Shown here in pieces: positions 16,702 through 25,806 of a stretch of 64,000 nt of DNA. Each line of letters opens with the position of its first letter. The stretch's first letter is position 1. Both the position numbers and the translations under genes were made by a program. The notes under the pieces were generated by a model. The model was given only the letters and a program-made list of their open reading frames with translations, did not search any database and was not told the DNA's origin. This DNA comes from a virus (Duplodnaviria > Caudoviricetes): positions 1,435 to 65,434 of IMG/VR virus record IMGVR_UViG_3300025939_000002; one strand, given 5' to 3'.

Positions 16702-17630
16702 CGCGCCACCGCGGGGAACTGCCGCACGCGGAGGTCGTTGGGCCACTCGGCCGGGTCGCCGCCCTTGCGGTCCGCGAGGCCGAACCACCAGCGCTCACCC
16801 TGATGCGAGCCTTGGGTCTGGTAGTTGATCGCGTCTCTGGCGTCGCCGATGGGCCGCGCCCCGAGCTGCTTTACGAAGCAGGCCACGGCTGCGTCGCGAC
16901 ACTGCGCCACCATCAAGCGCGCCCACCCGACGTCGAAGGGGCGCGCCCCCGGTCCGCTCTCGCCGCCCACGATTACCCACGACAGCCGAGCCGGCACTGA
17001 GGGGCCGACGTAGCGCCTGAGGTCGATCGGCCCGAGGAGGGGTTCAGCGCTGATGAACCGGACCGCGGCCGGCGTCTGCAGCAGCAGCGGGATCCGCTCG
17101 TCGGCGGTGGCCTGGTCTTCGGCGGAGACGCCGAGCCAGACGTTCGGCAGGGGCCAGCCGCCACCGGGGACATCGATGTCGATGAGGTTCTGCGTGTGCG
17201 CCCCGATGATCTCGCGGGGATGGCTGGGGCCGCGGGCGAGCAGGTCGAACCACGCCCGCATCCGGGCCGGCCGCTTCGTCAGCACCTGGAACGTGTGCTG
17301 TGGGCAGGCCGCCATCACCCCGAAGACGGCGGCGATCGTCTCGTCGGGAACCCGCTCGTAGAAGAGGTCGCCCATGTCGGCAACGAAGATGCGCGAGGGC
17401 TTGCGGATCTTCAGCGGCAGCTCCAGGTGGGGCACCCAGAGACGGGCCTCGCCGGTCCACCGCGGACCGTTCTTCCCGATGGCGGTGAGCCCCTGGTACT
17501 TCGGCGTCCTCGAAAGGCGGGTACCGGCGAGGCGCTCGGCATAGCATGCCTCGCACCCGCGCGACACCCGGCGACAGCCGTTGACGATGGGCCAGGAGTG
17601 GTCCGTCCATTCGATCGACGTCTTGCCCAT
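16698..17630 (-). CDS. DUF5131 (phage Gp37/Gp68, radical-SAM-like) protein
   Basis: TSIEWTD...GCRRVSRGCEACYA; IFVADMGDLF; LTKRP; WLGVSAE; SAEPLL; WVIVGGESG. Confidence 0.9.
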   Translation of the reverse strand: MGKTSIEWTDHSWPIVNGCRRVSRGCEACYAERLAGTRLSRTPKYQGLTAIGKNGPRWTGEARLWVPHLELPLKIRKPSRIFVADMGDLFYERVPDETIAAVFGVMAACPQHTFQVLTKRPARMRAWFDLLARGPSHPREIIGAHTQNLIDIDVPGGGWPLPNVWLGVSAEDQATADERIPLLLQTPAAVRFISAEPLLGPIDLRRYVGPSVPARLSWVIVGGESGPGARPFDVGWARLMVAQCRDAAVACFVKQLGARPIGDARDAINYQTQGSHQGERWWFGLADRKGGDPAEWPNDLRVRQFPAVAR

Positions 17631-18076
17631 CAGCCCTCCTTCGCGGCATCGAGCAGGCGCACGCTGCCCTCCTCGAGCCTAAGCCACTCGTAGACGGTGA
17701 GGTTGTCGGCGGTGACAACGTGGGCGAGGAACTCTTCGTCGAAGGTGGCGATCCCGCTCTCGACCACCTCGAGTTTGGCGCGCAGGGCGAGCAGCAGGCA
17801 GCGCCAGCGCCGGCGGGTCTCGTCCTCGATCCACTTCGCGCGCTGGCCGTCGTTCAGGCTGCGATGGTAGCGGCCTCGTCGCGCTCTCGCCTCCGCCTCG
17901 GTGGGCAGCGCCAGGACGAACCGGACGAGCCGGCCGCGCATGGCGAAGCTGATCGCCGCCCTGGCGTCCTCGGTCCAGCCCGAGGCGAATCGGGTGGCGC
18001 CGTGCTTCGACACGAGGGCCTCGATCTCGCCGCGGGTTTTGCCGACCGGCACCGTGGTCCCCTCGGCGAAGCTCAT
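17630..18076 (-). CDS. conserved hypothetical phage protein
   Basis: 148-aa ORF; RWRCLLLALRAKLEVVESGIATFDEEFL. Confidence 0.65.
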   Translation of the reverse strand: MSFAEGTTVPVGKTRGEIEALVSKHGATRFASGWTEDARAAISFAMRGRLVRFVLALPTEAEARARRGRYHRSLNDGQRAKWIEDETRRRWRCLLLALRAKLEVVESGIATFDEEFLAHVVTADNLTVYEWLRLEEGSVRLLDAAKEG

Positions 18077-18264
18077 GGCGCCGGCCTATCCGCCCGGGCG
18101 CGCTCCTCGGCGAGGAGCCTGTCGTAGTGCTTGGCCACCACGTTGGAGGCGGTGTGCTCGTTCGCCAGGATGAGGATCTGGAGGGCCTCGGCCAGCCCTT
18201 CCTTTCGCCCAAGCGCACGCCCCACCTCGATCCCCTCCACGTAGACGTCCTTGAAGTCGGTCAT
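18073..18264 (-). CDS. hypothetical protein
   Basis: ATGA overlaps with neighbours. Confidence 0.5.
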   Translation of the reverse strand: MTDFKDVYVEGIEVGRALGRKEGLAEALQILILANEHTASNVVAKHYDRLLAEERARADRPAP

Positions 18265-18731
18265 GGCTCGAGCCCCGCCCGGCGGCGAAGAGAGGCGATC
18301 ACCGCCCAGGTGGCGAGCCGAGCATTCACGAGAACGGTTGAAGGCAGACCCGCGGCGACGGCATCGACATTCCTCTCGCCGGCGTCCAGCACAGCGCGGA
18401 GGCGGTCGCGCTCGGCCTCGGCCGCTCTCGTACGCTCCGTCCATTCATTCGCGACCCGTTGCCAATCGGCACTGTCACCGCGCAGCGCCTCCCGCTCCTC
18501 GACGGCCTTGGCCAGGTCGGCGCAAGCCTGGTCGCGCTCCTCGAGCGCCCGGTCCCGCTCGGCCCACGCCGCGGCGAGGAGCCGTTCCCCTTCCGCCTTC
18601 GCCTTGACCAGCTCGACCACGCCCTTGGCGATCCCGGCCCCCATCTCGAGGCCGAGGCGCCTGCCCTCCACCTCGGCCGCCGCCAGCCAGGCCGGAGCTG
18701 CCTCGTCGCTCCCGCGCTCGTCGTCGCTCAC
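18261..18731 (-). CDS. coiled-coil hypothetical protein
   Basis: GTG at 18731 overlaps upstream stop. Confidence 0.55.
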   Translation of the reverse strand: MSDDERGSDEAAPAWLAAAEVEGRRLGLEMGAGIAKGVVELVKAKAEGERLLAAAWAERDRALEERDQACADLAKAVEEREALRGDSADWQRVANEWTERTRAAEAERDRLRAVLDAGERNVDAVAAGLPSTVLVNARLATWAVIASLRRRAGLEP

Positions 18732-19003
18732 GTCCACCTCCGCTCTCCGCTCCAGTGTTGTTCCCGGTGGCCCCGGGCGAGCCGGCATCGAGCCGGACGA
18801 TCGCGCGGCGGCTCCTTCGGGTCGGTGGCACCGCAGGACTCGGCTTCCGGCAGGCCATCGGGCTCAACCTGCTGCCAGCCCTTCACGCCGTCCCTCCGCC
18901 AGACGGTCCCGTCGTCGGCCAGCGCGAAGAGCACCGGCCAGAATTCCCCGGCTTCGCCATCGGTGGCGGCCGCGATCTGGGTGATGCGCCTGAGGACGCC
19001 CAT
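18728..19003 (-). CDS. hypothetical protein
   Basis: Coupled ORF. Confidence 0.55.
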   Translation of the reverse strand: MGVLRRITQIAAATDGEAGEFWPVLFALADDGTVWRRDGVKGWQQVEPDGLPEAESCGATDPKEPPRDRPARCRLARGHREQHWSGERRWT

Positions 19004-19332
19004 CAGGGCCCCTCTCGCGCCGGCACGAGGAGACGCATTTCGGGGTCGTCAAGGTGACGCCGCCAGAGGACGCACGCCTCGTCCTCCACCGCCTCGTTGT
19101 GCAACTGGACGGTGTACGGAAACCATTCCGCACGGGGCGGCGCCTCGTAGACCCGCGACCGCCAGCCACACTCACAGCCGACCTGGATCCGGTAGACCCG
19201 TCGCCGGGTCTCGTCGCCCTGGCGCATCCCGAGCTCGCGCCACCACATCCAGGTGTTGCCTGCCGCCGACTCCATCTCGGTCAGTCCGACAATGAAGCCC
19301 TCGTGCCCCGGTTTGTCGCTGACCCAGCCCAT
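19003..19332 (-). CDS. hypothetical protein
   Basis: Coupled ORF; CECGW motif. Confidence 0.55.
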   Translation of the reverse strand: MGWVSDKPGHEGFIVGLTEMESAAGNTWMWWRELGMRQGDETRRRVYRIQVGCECGWRSRVYEAPPRAEWFPYTVQLHNEAVEDEACVLWRRHLDDPEMRLLVPAREGP

Positions 19333-20196
19333 CTACCGTGCTCCCTTCCGCTTGCCGCCCTTCGCCTCGAACATCGCCGCCAGCCCGTCGAAGGTGCTGG
19401 CCAGGCTCTTGTCGCTGACGCCGCCCCGCAGCCAGGTGAGGAGCAGCATGGGCTTCTCCGGCAGCGACCCCGGGTGCTCGTCGAGGAACGCCTCGAGCCG
19501 GCGCAGGCGCCGGACCGGCGTCATGGGCCCCTTGCCGTTCGGCTGCTCGCCGCGGGCCTTGCGGGCGGCGCGGGTCGGGCGCTCGGCCTCGATCTTCGAG
19601 AGCGCGGCCTGCTGCTCTCCCTTCGGCAGCGCGCCGATCTCCCGGACGGCGTCGGTCAGCCGGACCGTGCCCGCGTCGAGTGCCTTCTGCACCGACGCGT
19701 GGAGGTGCGGGATCTCCGTCCAGTTCTTGATAGTCGCCGTCGAGACCCCGAACCAGGTGGCGACCTGGGCCTCGCTGTAACCGGCCCCCAGGGCGAGGCG
19801 GGCCTCCTCGGCGCGGGCGGTGAGGGGCAGGTCCTTGCGGATCGCGTTCTCGATGATCTTGAGGGCGATTCCCTCGGCGCCTTTCTCGCCGCGGAACACC
19901 GCGGGGATGAGCTTCGGGGGCAGGCCCTCCTTCTTCAGCTCGCGGTTGGCCTGGCGGGCGGCGACGGTGCGGCGGGCGCCGGCGGCGACGTAGGGGCGGC
20001 CGTCGTCGCCGCGGACGACGAGGATCGGCTCGATGACGCCGTGGCTCTTGATGGTCGCCACCATCTCGGCGTCGGGCGGCTCCTCGCCCCGACGCTGGTA
20101 GAGGGGCCGGGTCGGGTCGAGCTCGATGACCAGTTCGTCGGGGTCGAACTTCAGGGTCCCGGGGCCGCGCTCGGCGCTGAAGGGCGTCTTGGGCAT
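19333..20196 (-). CDS. ParB/Spo0J-like protein with HTH
   Basis: IKSHGVIEPILV...AGARRTVA...IIENAIRKDL...AQVATWFGVSTATI. Confidence 0.8.
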   Translation of the reverse strand: MPKTPFSAERGPGTLKFDPDELVIELDPTRPLYQRRGEEPPDAEMVATIKSHGVIEPILVVRGDDGRPYVAAGARRTVAARQANRELKKEGLPPKLIPAVFRGEKGAEGIALKIIENAIRKDLPLTARAEEARLALGAGYSEAQVATWFGVSTATIKNWTEIPHLHASVQKALDAGTVRLTDAVREIGALPKGEQQAALSKIEAERPTRAARKARGEQPNGKGPMTPVRRLRRLEAFLDEHPGSLPEKPMLLLTWLRGGVSDKSLASTFDGLAAMFEAKGGKRKGAR

Positions 20197-20203
20197 GGCG
20201 ACC

Positions 20204-20668
20204 TCAGAGCGCGATGCCGAAGGCGCCCTTGACCGCCGTGGCGAGCTTCTCCTTGACCGCGTCGTTGAGCGCCTTCCGCAGGCTGTCGCGAGCGGCCTCG
20301 ATCTCCTTGCCGAGCTCGCCGCGCATCACCGCCTCGACCGTCTTGGCGCACACCTCGTCGACGTACGTCTTGCGGTCGTAGCCCGTCGGCTTGAACAGGA
20401 TCTCGGCGATGCGCTCCTTGAGACCGATGCGCTCGCCGACGTTCTCACCGTAGGTGTTCGTCCGCGGCCACCCCTCGGCGAGCGCCTTCTCGACGGCGGC
20501 CTCGATGCGGTCGGCGCCGACGACCGCCACGAGGTCGTCGATCTGCTTGTCGACCTGTTCGTCAAAGCGTCGGCGCACGAGGCGCTCGAGCTCCTCGTAG
20601 AGCTTGCCGGCCACCTGCTCGGCCATCTGGTTGGCCTCCCAGCCCGTCACCGTGATCGTCAAGTCCAT
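20204..20668 (-). CDS. hypothetical helical protein
   Basis: ATG at 20668 with GGAGG RBS. Confidence 0.6.
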   Translation of the reverse strand: MDLTITVTGWEANQMAEQVAGKLYEELERLVRRRFDEQVDKQIDDLVAVVGADRIEAAVEKALAEGWPRTNTYGENVGERIGLKERIAEILFKPTGYDRKTYVDEVCAKTVEAVMRGELGKEIEAARDSLRKALNDAVKEKLATAVKGAFGIAL

Positions 20669-20899
20669 CGTGCGCCTCCGCCTGCGAGGTGGTGCCACCA
20701 CCCCCGCCGCCGAGCCGGTTGTTGCCCGGCGGCGGGGGCACCCGTTTTCGCGACGGCTCAGTGGCGGGCCGTCGGAGCCGGCGGTTTGAGACCCTGCCGG
20801 CGGGTCGCGGACAGCCCGGGTCTCGCTCCCGGCGGCCTCTGCGGCGCTGCCCAATGCGCGTAGGCTGTGACCCGGGGACGCGCGCCCGGGGTGCCCCGG

Positions 20900-21508
20900 C
20901 TAGAAGGGGATGTCGTCGTCCTTGGGCGGCGGGACGTCCTGGCGCCATCCCGGCGACGCCGCGGCGGGCGCTGCCGCCTGGCGGGCCGGCGGCGGCTGAG
21001 AGGCCGGGGCGGGCGGCGGCGCGACCGTCGCCGGGGGCTCGCGCTTGGCGCCGGCGACCTCGGGTTTGCCCTTGAGCTTGCCCTTCATCGTCGCCGAGAA
21101 CTTCCGCAGCTCGTCGGACTTCATCGGGTTGGCCATGCGGAAGGCGCCCCCGCCGGGAGCGTTCACCCAGGCGACCTTCGCGCGGACCTTGCCGTCGTAC
21201 TCCTCGTGCTCGACGACGACCTGCACCTCCTGGTCGAGGGGGCCGAACATCGCGTTCGCGAGGTCGTCGCCCTTGAGCCCGCAGAGGCGCAGCGACTCGA
21301 TGGTCCGGTCGACGGCGCCGTCGGTGAAGTAGCCGAACCAGCCGAGGCGGCGGCCGGCGTGGTCACCGTCGATGATCGCGAACGCGACGTACACCTGGCG
21401 CGTGCCTTTCTGCTGGCTCGTGCCGAACTGCGCCCAGACGGCGCCGTCTTCGGTCTGCACCGGGACGGCGACCGCGGCGTAGTAGCCGGGCGGGATGAGG
21501 TCGGACAT
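20900..21508 (-). CDS. single-stranded DNA-binding protein (DUF669-like)
   Basis: OB-fold-like N-terminus, acidic DDDIPF tail; follows the Sak4-like gene. Confidence 0.75.
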   Translation of the reverse strand: MSDLIPPGYYAAVAVPVQTEDGAVWAQFGTSQQKGTRQVYVAFAIIDGDHAGRRLGWFGYFTDGAVDRTIESLRLCGLKGDDLANAMFGPLDQEVQVVVEHEEYDGKVRAKVAWVNAPGGGAFRMANPMKSDELRKFSATMKGKLKGKPEVAGAKREPPATVAPPPAPASQPPPARQAAAPAAASPGWRQDVPPPKDDDIPF

Positions 21509-21537
21509 GGTCGTGGTCTCCTTCGGGGGGCTGGGGG

Positions 21538-22593
21538 TTACGTCGCCTGCTTCGCCGGGCGGCGCCGGAGGTCGTTGAGGAACCGGTGGAGGGCGTCGGC
21601 GTTGCCGCGCTTCACCTCGGCCGCGACCGCGGCCTCCACCTTCGGCGCGAGCTCGGCATCGCCGATCCGCTCGACCTCGGCGGCGATGAGGCGCTGGAGG
21701 CCAGGCAGGTCGATGGACAGGGCCTCGTCGATCGCCTTGGCGAATGGGGCCCAGGGGTTGGCCTCGGCGAGCTCCACCTCGTCGGGAACCGCGAACCGGC
21801 ACTTGGCGTCGAACGCCGCGTCCCGCGCCAGCTTCACGATGCGCCGGCCCGTCGAGGTTCCCTTCGCGCGGTCCTGCCCGCGGGCCTTCGTGGTGACGTC
21901 CTCGAAGCAGCAGAACCCGACGACCTCCGCCCACTCCTTGAGGTAGCCACCCGCCTTCTCGTTGATGCGCGGGAGGAACCGATCGAAGTCCTCGTCGGTG
22001 GGGTTCCGGAAGCCCTTGATCTGGGCGTGGCCGAGGATGATGACGTTCATCCGCCGGACCATGCGGAGGCGGTCGAGGCGGGCGCAGAGGGCGCGCCACT
22101 CGTCGAGGGCGACCTGGTAGCCCTTGCCGTAGCCGTAGTCCTCGATGCCGGTCAGGCCGCCCTTCACCTTGGCGGTGTCGCGCGCGATGATGTGCTTCCA
22201 GATGAGGGCCTCGAGCCGGTCCGCAGTGTCGACGACCAGGCTCTCGTAGGGGCTCTCGTTCGTGGTGAGGTCGTCGATGGCCGCGACGACCTCCTCGTAG
22301 CTGCCGGGGACGTGGCCGCCGGGCTCGTCGCGGAAGGGGTAGCGGGCGACGTCGAGGAGCGCCGAGCCGTCCTCGATGTCGAGCCAGATCGGCGCCGGGG
22401 CGTGGGCGGCGAGGGTGCTCTTGCCGACGCCCTCGGTCCCGTAGAAGAGGCAGCGCAGGGGCATGCGCAGCCGGCCCTTCTGCACCTTGGCGAGGCGGCT
22501 GTTGGTGTTCGCGGGGGCGGGCGCGGGCGAGGCGGCGGCGGCGGCGGGCATGGCGATCTGACCTCCTGGCGTGGGTTTCGGGCGGGCGGCCAT
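21538..22593 (-). CDS. AAA_24 ATPase, Sak4-like annealing protein
   Basis: LFYGTEGVGKST; LVVDTAD; IILGH; AKCR; alternative start at 22551 with GGAGG RBS. Confidence 0.85.
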   Translation of the reverse strand: MAARPKPTPGGQIAMPAAAAASPAPAPANTNSRLAKVQKGRLRMPLRCLFYGTEGVGKSTLAAHAPAPIWLDIEDGSALLDVARYPFRDEPGGHVPGSYEEVVAAIDDLTTNESPYESLVVDTADRLEALIWKHIIARDTAKVKGGLTGIEDYGYGKGYQVALDEWRALCARLDRLRMVRRMNVIILGHAQIKGFRNPTDEDFDRFLPRINEKAGGYLKEWAEVVGFCCFEDVTTKARGQDRAKGTSTGRRIVKLARDAAFDAKCRFAVPDEVELAEANPWAPFAKAIDEALSIDLPGLQRLIAAEVERIGDAELAPKVEAAVAAEVKRGNADALHRFLNDLRRRPAKQAT

Positions 22594-23678
22594 CAGGCGG
22601 CCCTGCCGCCGTCGGCGTTGTCGTTCGCGAGCTCGGGGTGCTTGTCGTCGAGGCGCTTGAACCGGCTGGTGTCGTCGAGAGACGCCGCCCCCGAGCAGAC
22701 GTCGTAGAAGGCGCAGATCGAGCCGTAGTTCATGCATGCGTCGGGGTTGCGCGGGGCGCGCCCGGTGTTGCGAGCGTCGCGGATCATCAGCGCCGTCTCG
22801 TAGGTGTCCTTGCGCGACTCCTCGAGCTCGTGCTCGAGGCGCACCACCTCGGCCCGCTGGAACCACTTCTCGGGCGCCTCCTGGATCTCGGCGGCGATGC
22901 GCGCCTTGAACTCGTCGACGGTCTCGTCGGTCTCCCGCTGGCCGGCGTATAGCTTCCGGTCCTCCTTGCGGTACTTGCGCTTCTCCTCGGGGGTCGCGGC
23001 GAGGGGCCGCTGCTGGGGCTTGGCGATGACGTCGTATAGACAGCCGTGCGGCTCGTAGCCGAGCGACTTGACGCCGTCCCAGTAGACGCTGATCTGGGTG
23101 TCCATCCGCAGGCGCATCCAGTAGGTCGAGCCCGGAGTGAGGTCGGCGGTCGTCGTCTTGTGCTCGACGATCCAGACCGTCCCGTCCGCCCGGCGGCGGA
23201 CGACCACGTCGAGCTTCCCGGCGACGCGGAGGCCGCGAACCCGCTTGGCGCCGGCCGGGGTGGGCATCGGCGCCTCGAAGCGGCGCTCGACCGCCAGCAC
23301 CTCCCACTCGCCCATCGTCGGGGCGTAGAGGGCGTGGTAGCCGATCATCATGAGGTCGGCCTTGGCGGCGGTGGCCGGGTCGAAGAAGGACGCCCGCTGC
23401 GCGGCCTTGGCGATCGCCGCCTGCGCCTCCTCGAGCGCGAGCAGCTCCCGGCCCTCCTGCCAGGCGCGCCACCAGGCCTCGAGGCCGGCGTGGAAGATCG
23501 AGCCGAACTCCGCGTCGGCGCGGTCGACGACCGGGCGGTAGCCGAGCTCGTACCGGATGTGGTGGAGGCGCCGGCAGGCGTTGTAGTCCTTCTGCCGGGA
23601 GGTGGTGATGAGCTCGACCCGCGGCTTGCCTTCGGCGGCGGGCTGCGGCTCGGCGGGTGCGGGCGTGGGGTCGGCCAT
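22593..23678 (-). CDS. PD-(D/E)XK exonuclease (RecB/Cas4-like)
   Basis: CRR..Y; FGSIFHAGLE; GKLDVVV...IVEHKT; Cys cluster NPDACMNYGSICAFYDVC; AAGGAG RBS before 23678. Confidence 0.85.
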   Translation of the reverse strand: MADPTPAPAEPQPAAEGKPRVELITTSRQKDYNACRRLHHIRYELGYRPVVDRADAEFGSIFHAGLEAWWRAWQEGRELLALEEAQAAIAKAAQRASFFDPATAAKADLMMIGYHALYAPTMGEWEVLAVERRFEAPMPTPAGAKRVRGLRVAGKLDVVVRRRADGTVWIVEHKTTTADLTPGSTYWMRLRMDTQISVYWDGVKSLGYEPHGCLYDVIAKPQQRPLAATPEEKRKYRKEDRKLYAGQRETDETVDEFKARIAAEIQEAPEKWFQRAEVVRLEHELEESRKDTYETALMIRDARNTGRAPRNPDACMNYGSICAFYDVCSGAASLDDTSRFKRLDDKHPELANDNADGGRAA

Positions 23679-23957
23679 CGGGGCTCCTTTCGGGTCGTGC
23701 AGCGAGTTGCAGCGGCGTCCGTCGCGGTGGTGGCCCTCGGGCAGGGTGCAGTGGCTGGCGTGCTTGCGGCCGCACGAGCCCTCGGGCATGCGGTCCGCCC
23801 AGGCGGGCCGCGGGACCGGGGCCTCCCCGTACTCGGGCGGGGTGGCGAGCTTCCAGGCGTCGTAGCCGGCGGGGATGGCGGCGCCGGCCTCGACCTGGGC
23901 GGCTCCCCCCTCGTCGAGCACGTCCGCGGCGTCGTCGAGATGCCGACGGGTGGTCAT
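23679..23957 (-). CDS. in-frame upstream extension of the exonuclease ORF (Cys/His-rich)
   Basis: ATG at 23957 overlaps upstream stop; no stop before 23678. Confidence 0.4.
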
Positions 23958-24205
23958 CGGCCCTCCCGCTCCCGCTTCGACTGCTCGACCAGCCGCGCCC
24001 GCAAGGCTTCGAGGGCCTCCTCGCTGACCCCGTTGAACGTCCCGAGGCCAAGCTTCGCGGCGACGCGCAACACGCGGTCTCGCCCTCCGGGGCGAGTCGG
24101 CAACCCGGCCAATACGCGGCGGACGGTTTTCGGATCCACTTGTGCCTCGGCGGCGATGGCCATCTCGACGTACGGCGGCACTCGGATCGGCAGCGGAAGG
24201 TTCAT
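23954..24205 (-). CDS. small HTH protein (LacI/Cro-like)
   Basis: IAAEAQVDPKTVRRVLAG. Confidence 0.65.
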   Translation of the reverse strand: MNLPLPIRVPPYVEMAIAAEAQVDPKTVRRVLAGLPTRPGGRDRVLRVAAKLGLGTFNGVSEEALEALRARLVEQSKREREGR

Positions 24206-24411
24206 CGCGCCACCTTCAGGCCGAGCATCTGCTCGACGTCACCGCGATGAACGTAGAGGCGGCGCCCTACGCGCCGGTGCCTCACGGCCTTCGCTCGCAC
24301 CCAAAGGTAGATGACCTTGGGGCGGAGCCCTCTCAGGAGCTCCGCAGCGTGGGCGACGGTGATCATCCCCTCGGCCTCCAACGTCCTGTCCAGCTCGGTA
24401 TTCGCCTTCAT
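24202..24411 (-). CDS. HTH_17 (excisionase-like) DNA-binding protein
   Basis: ITVAHAAELL...KVIYLWV...RVGRRLYVHRGDV. Confidence 0.7.
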   Translation of the reverse strand: MKANTELDRTLEAEGMITVAHAAELLRGLRPKVIYLWVRAKAVRHRRVGRRLYVHRGDVEQMLGLKVAR

Positions 24412-24521
24412 CGCGTAGTTCGTCTGTACGCCCTTCGTCTGCGCCTGTGCGCACCGCCTTGAGCCCTGTGGAAAGGCGATCAATTTCGTTGCGAGATCCG
24501 CCATTTGCGCAGATCGCCTTT

Positions 24522-24950
24522 TCACAGGTTGGCGGGCGCCTTCCGGGCGGCGGCGTCGATCACCCGCCGCAGCTCCTCGCCGAGCGCGTAGCCGTCGCGG
24601 TAGAGGCGGGCGTCGGTCCGCGCGAGGGCGGCGGCGCCCATGGGCTCGCGGCACCAGGCCGCCTCGAGCCCCTCGGCCCAGGCGAGCGACGCGCCCAGCG
24701 CCCGGGCGGCGGCGTCGAGGGGCTCCTCGCCGCCGGCCGGCTCAGGCTGCAGGTGGAGCAGCACCGCGCCGACGAGGCTCACCCCGGCGCGCGGGTCGTC
24801 GGCCGACCAGTCGCCGGCGAGCCCCGCCGCGACTCCCACCGGGCCCTCCCCGTGCACCCAGAGGCCCCGGGAGCGGGCAGCGGTGAGGGCCGCGATGACG
24901 TGGCCGCGGGCGAGGTCGCCCGCGTAGATCGTGACGCTGATGCCGCCCAC
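24522..24950 (-). CDS. hypothetical phage protein
   Basis: 142-aa ORF in early operon. Confidence 0.55.
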   Translation of the reverse strand: MGGISVTIYAGDLARGHVIAALTAARSRGLWVHGEGPVGVAAGLAGDWSADDPRAGVSLVGAVLLHLQPEPAGGEEPLDAAARALGASLAWAEGLEAAWCREPMGAAALARTDARLYRDGYALGEELRRVIDAAARKAPANL

Positions 24951-24963
24951 CGGAGGCCCTCCG

Positions 24964-25461
24964 CTACCGCATCCCGCCGCAGAGCCGCGAGCCGCAGGTC
25001 AGGCGGTTCGGCCGCACCGGGAGGCCGCAGCGGCAGACCGGCCAGGAGCGCGGCAGCTCGAACCAGACCGTTCCGTTGCCGTCGGTCAGCCCGGCGGCGC
25101 GCCGGCAAGCGCCGTCCCGGCCCCGGAGGATCGTCAGCTCGCGGCGGCCGAGCGCGAGCATGCAGGCCTCCCGGCCGCAGGTGACCCGGCCATCGGCCCG
25201 CGGGGTGGCGCACACCGGGCAGTGCTCCTCGGCTTCGTCGAAGAGCCAGTCGGCGCCGGCGTCGACGATCGTGAGGCCGCGGACCGCCAGGCGGGCGCGC
25301 AGCTCGACGACCTGGGCGGGCTCAAGGTGGAGGTGCGTCTTGCGATAGACCTCGCCGGCGTCCGCGTGGTCGGCGACCTCGGCCATGTCGCCGCACTCGG
25401 CGAAGAACACCACCGGGTCGAAGTAGGGGTCGGGGTCGGGCATGGGGCACACGTCGGGCAT
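24964..25461 (-). CDS. hypothetical Cys-rich protein
   Basis: AAGGAG RBS; several CxxC motifs. Confidence 0.55.
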   Translation of the reverse strand: MPDVCPMPDPDPYFDPVVFFAECGDMAEVADHADAGEVYRKTHLHLEPAQVVELRARLAVRGLTIVDAGADWLFDEAEEHCPVCATPRADGRVTCGREACMLALGRRELTILRGRDGACRRAAGLTDGNGTVWFELPRSWPVCRCGLPVRPNRLTCGSRLCGGMR

Positions 25462-25515
25462 TGGGGGGGGGCTCCTTGTTCGTGGGGGGCGGGAAAAAAG
25501 GCGGCGGCTAGCAGG

Positions 25516-25806
25516 TCACCGGCGGGTTCTCCGGCGAGCGAGGGCGTTCGGGCTCCACGCGGCACCCACCTTCACCTCGCGTCCGGTCAGCCACCGGACG
25601 TCGCGCCAGTACTGGTCGCGGGCGTTCCACGCCTCGATGACGAGTTTCTCCTCGACCAGGATCACCCGGCCCGGATTGTGAGAGGCGCGCGCGGCGGTCA
25701 GGGCAGCGACCGCCTGCGCCCGGAGATCCCGGTAGCGGCTCAGGCTCTCCCGGATCACCCGGCGCGCCCGCCGGGCGGCGTTCGGGGTGATGGGGCCGGT
25801 GGCCAT
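25516..25806 (-). CDS. hypothetical protein
   Basis: TGATG coupling at 25806. Confidence 0.55.
   Translation of the reverse strand: MATGPITPNAARRARRVIRESLSRYRDLRAQAVAALTAARASHNPGRVILVEEKLVIEAWNARDQYWRDVRWLTGREVKVGAAWSPNALARRRTRR

Noticed and set aside
25493-25560. Rho-independent terminator at the minus-strand T6 run
   Set aside because: No convincing stem directly precedes the T-run.
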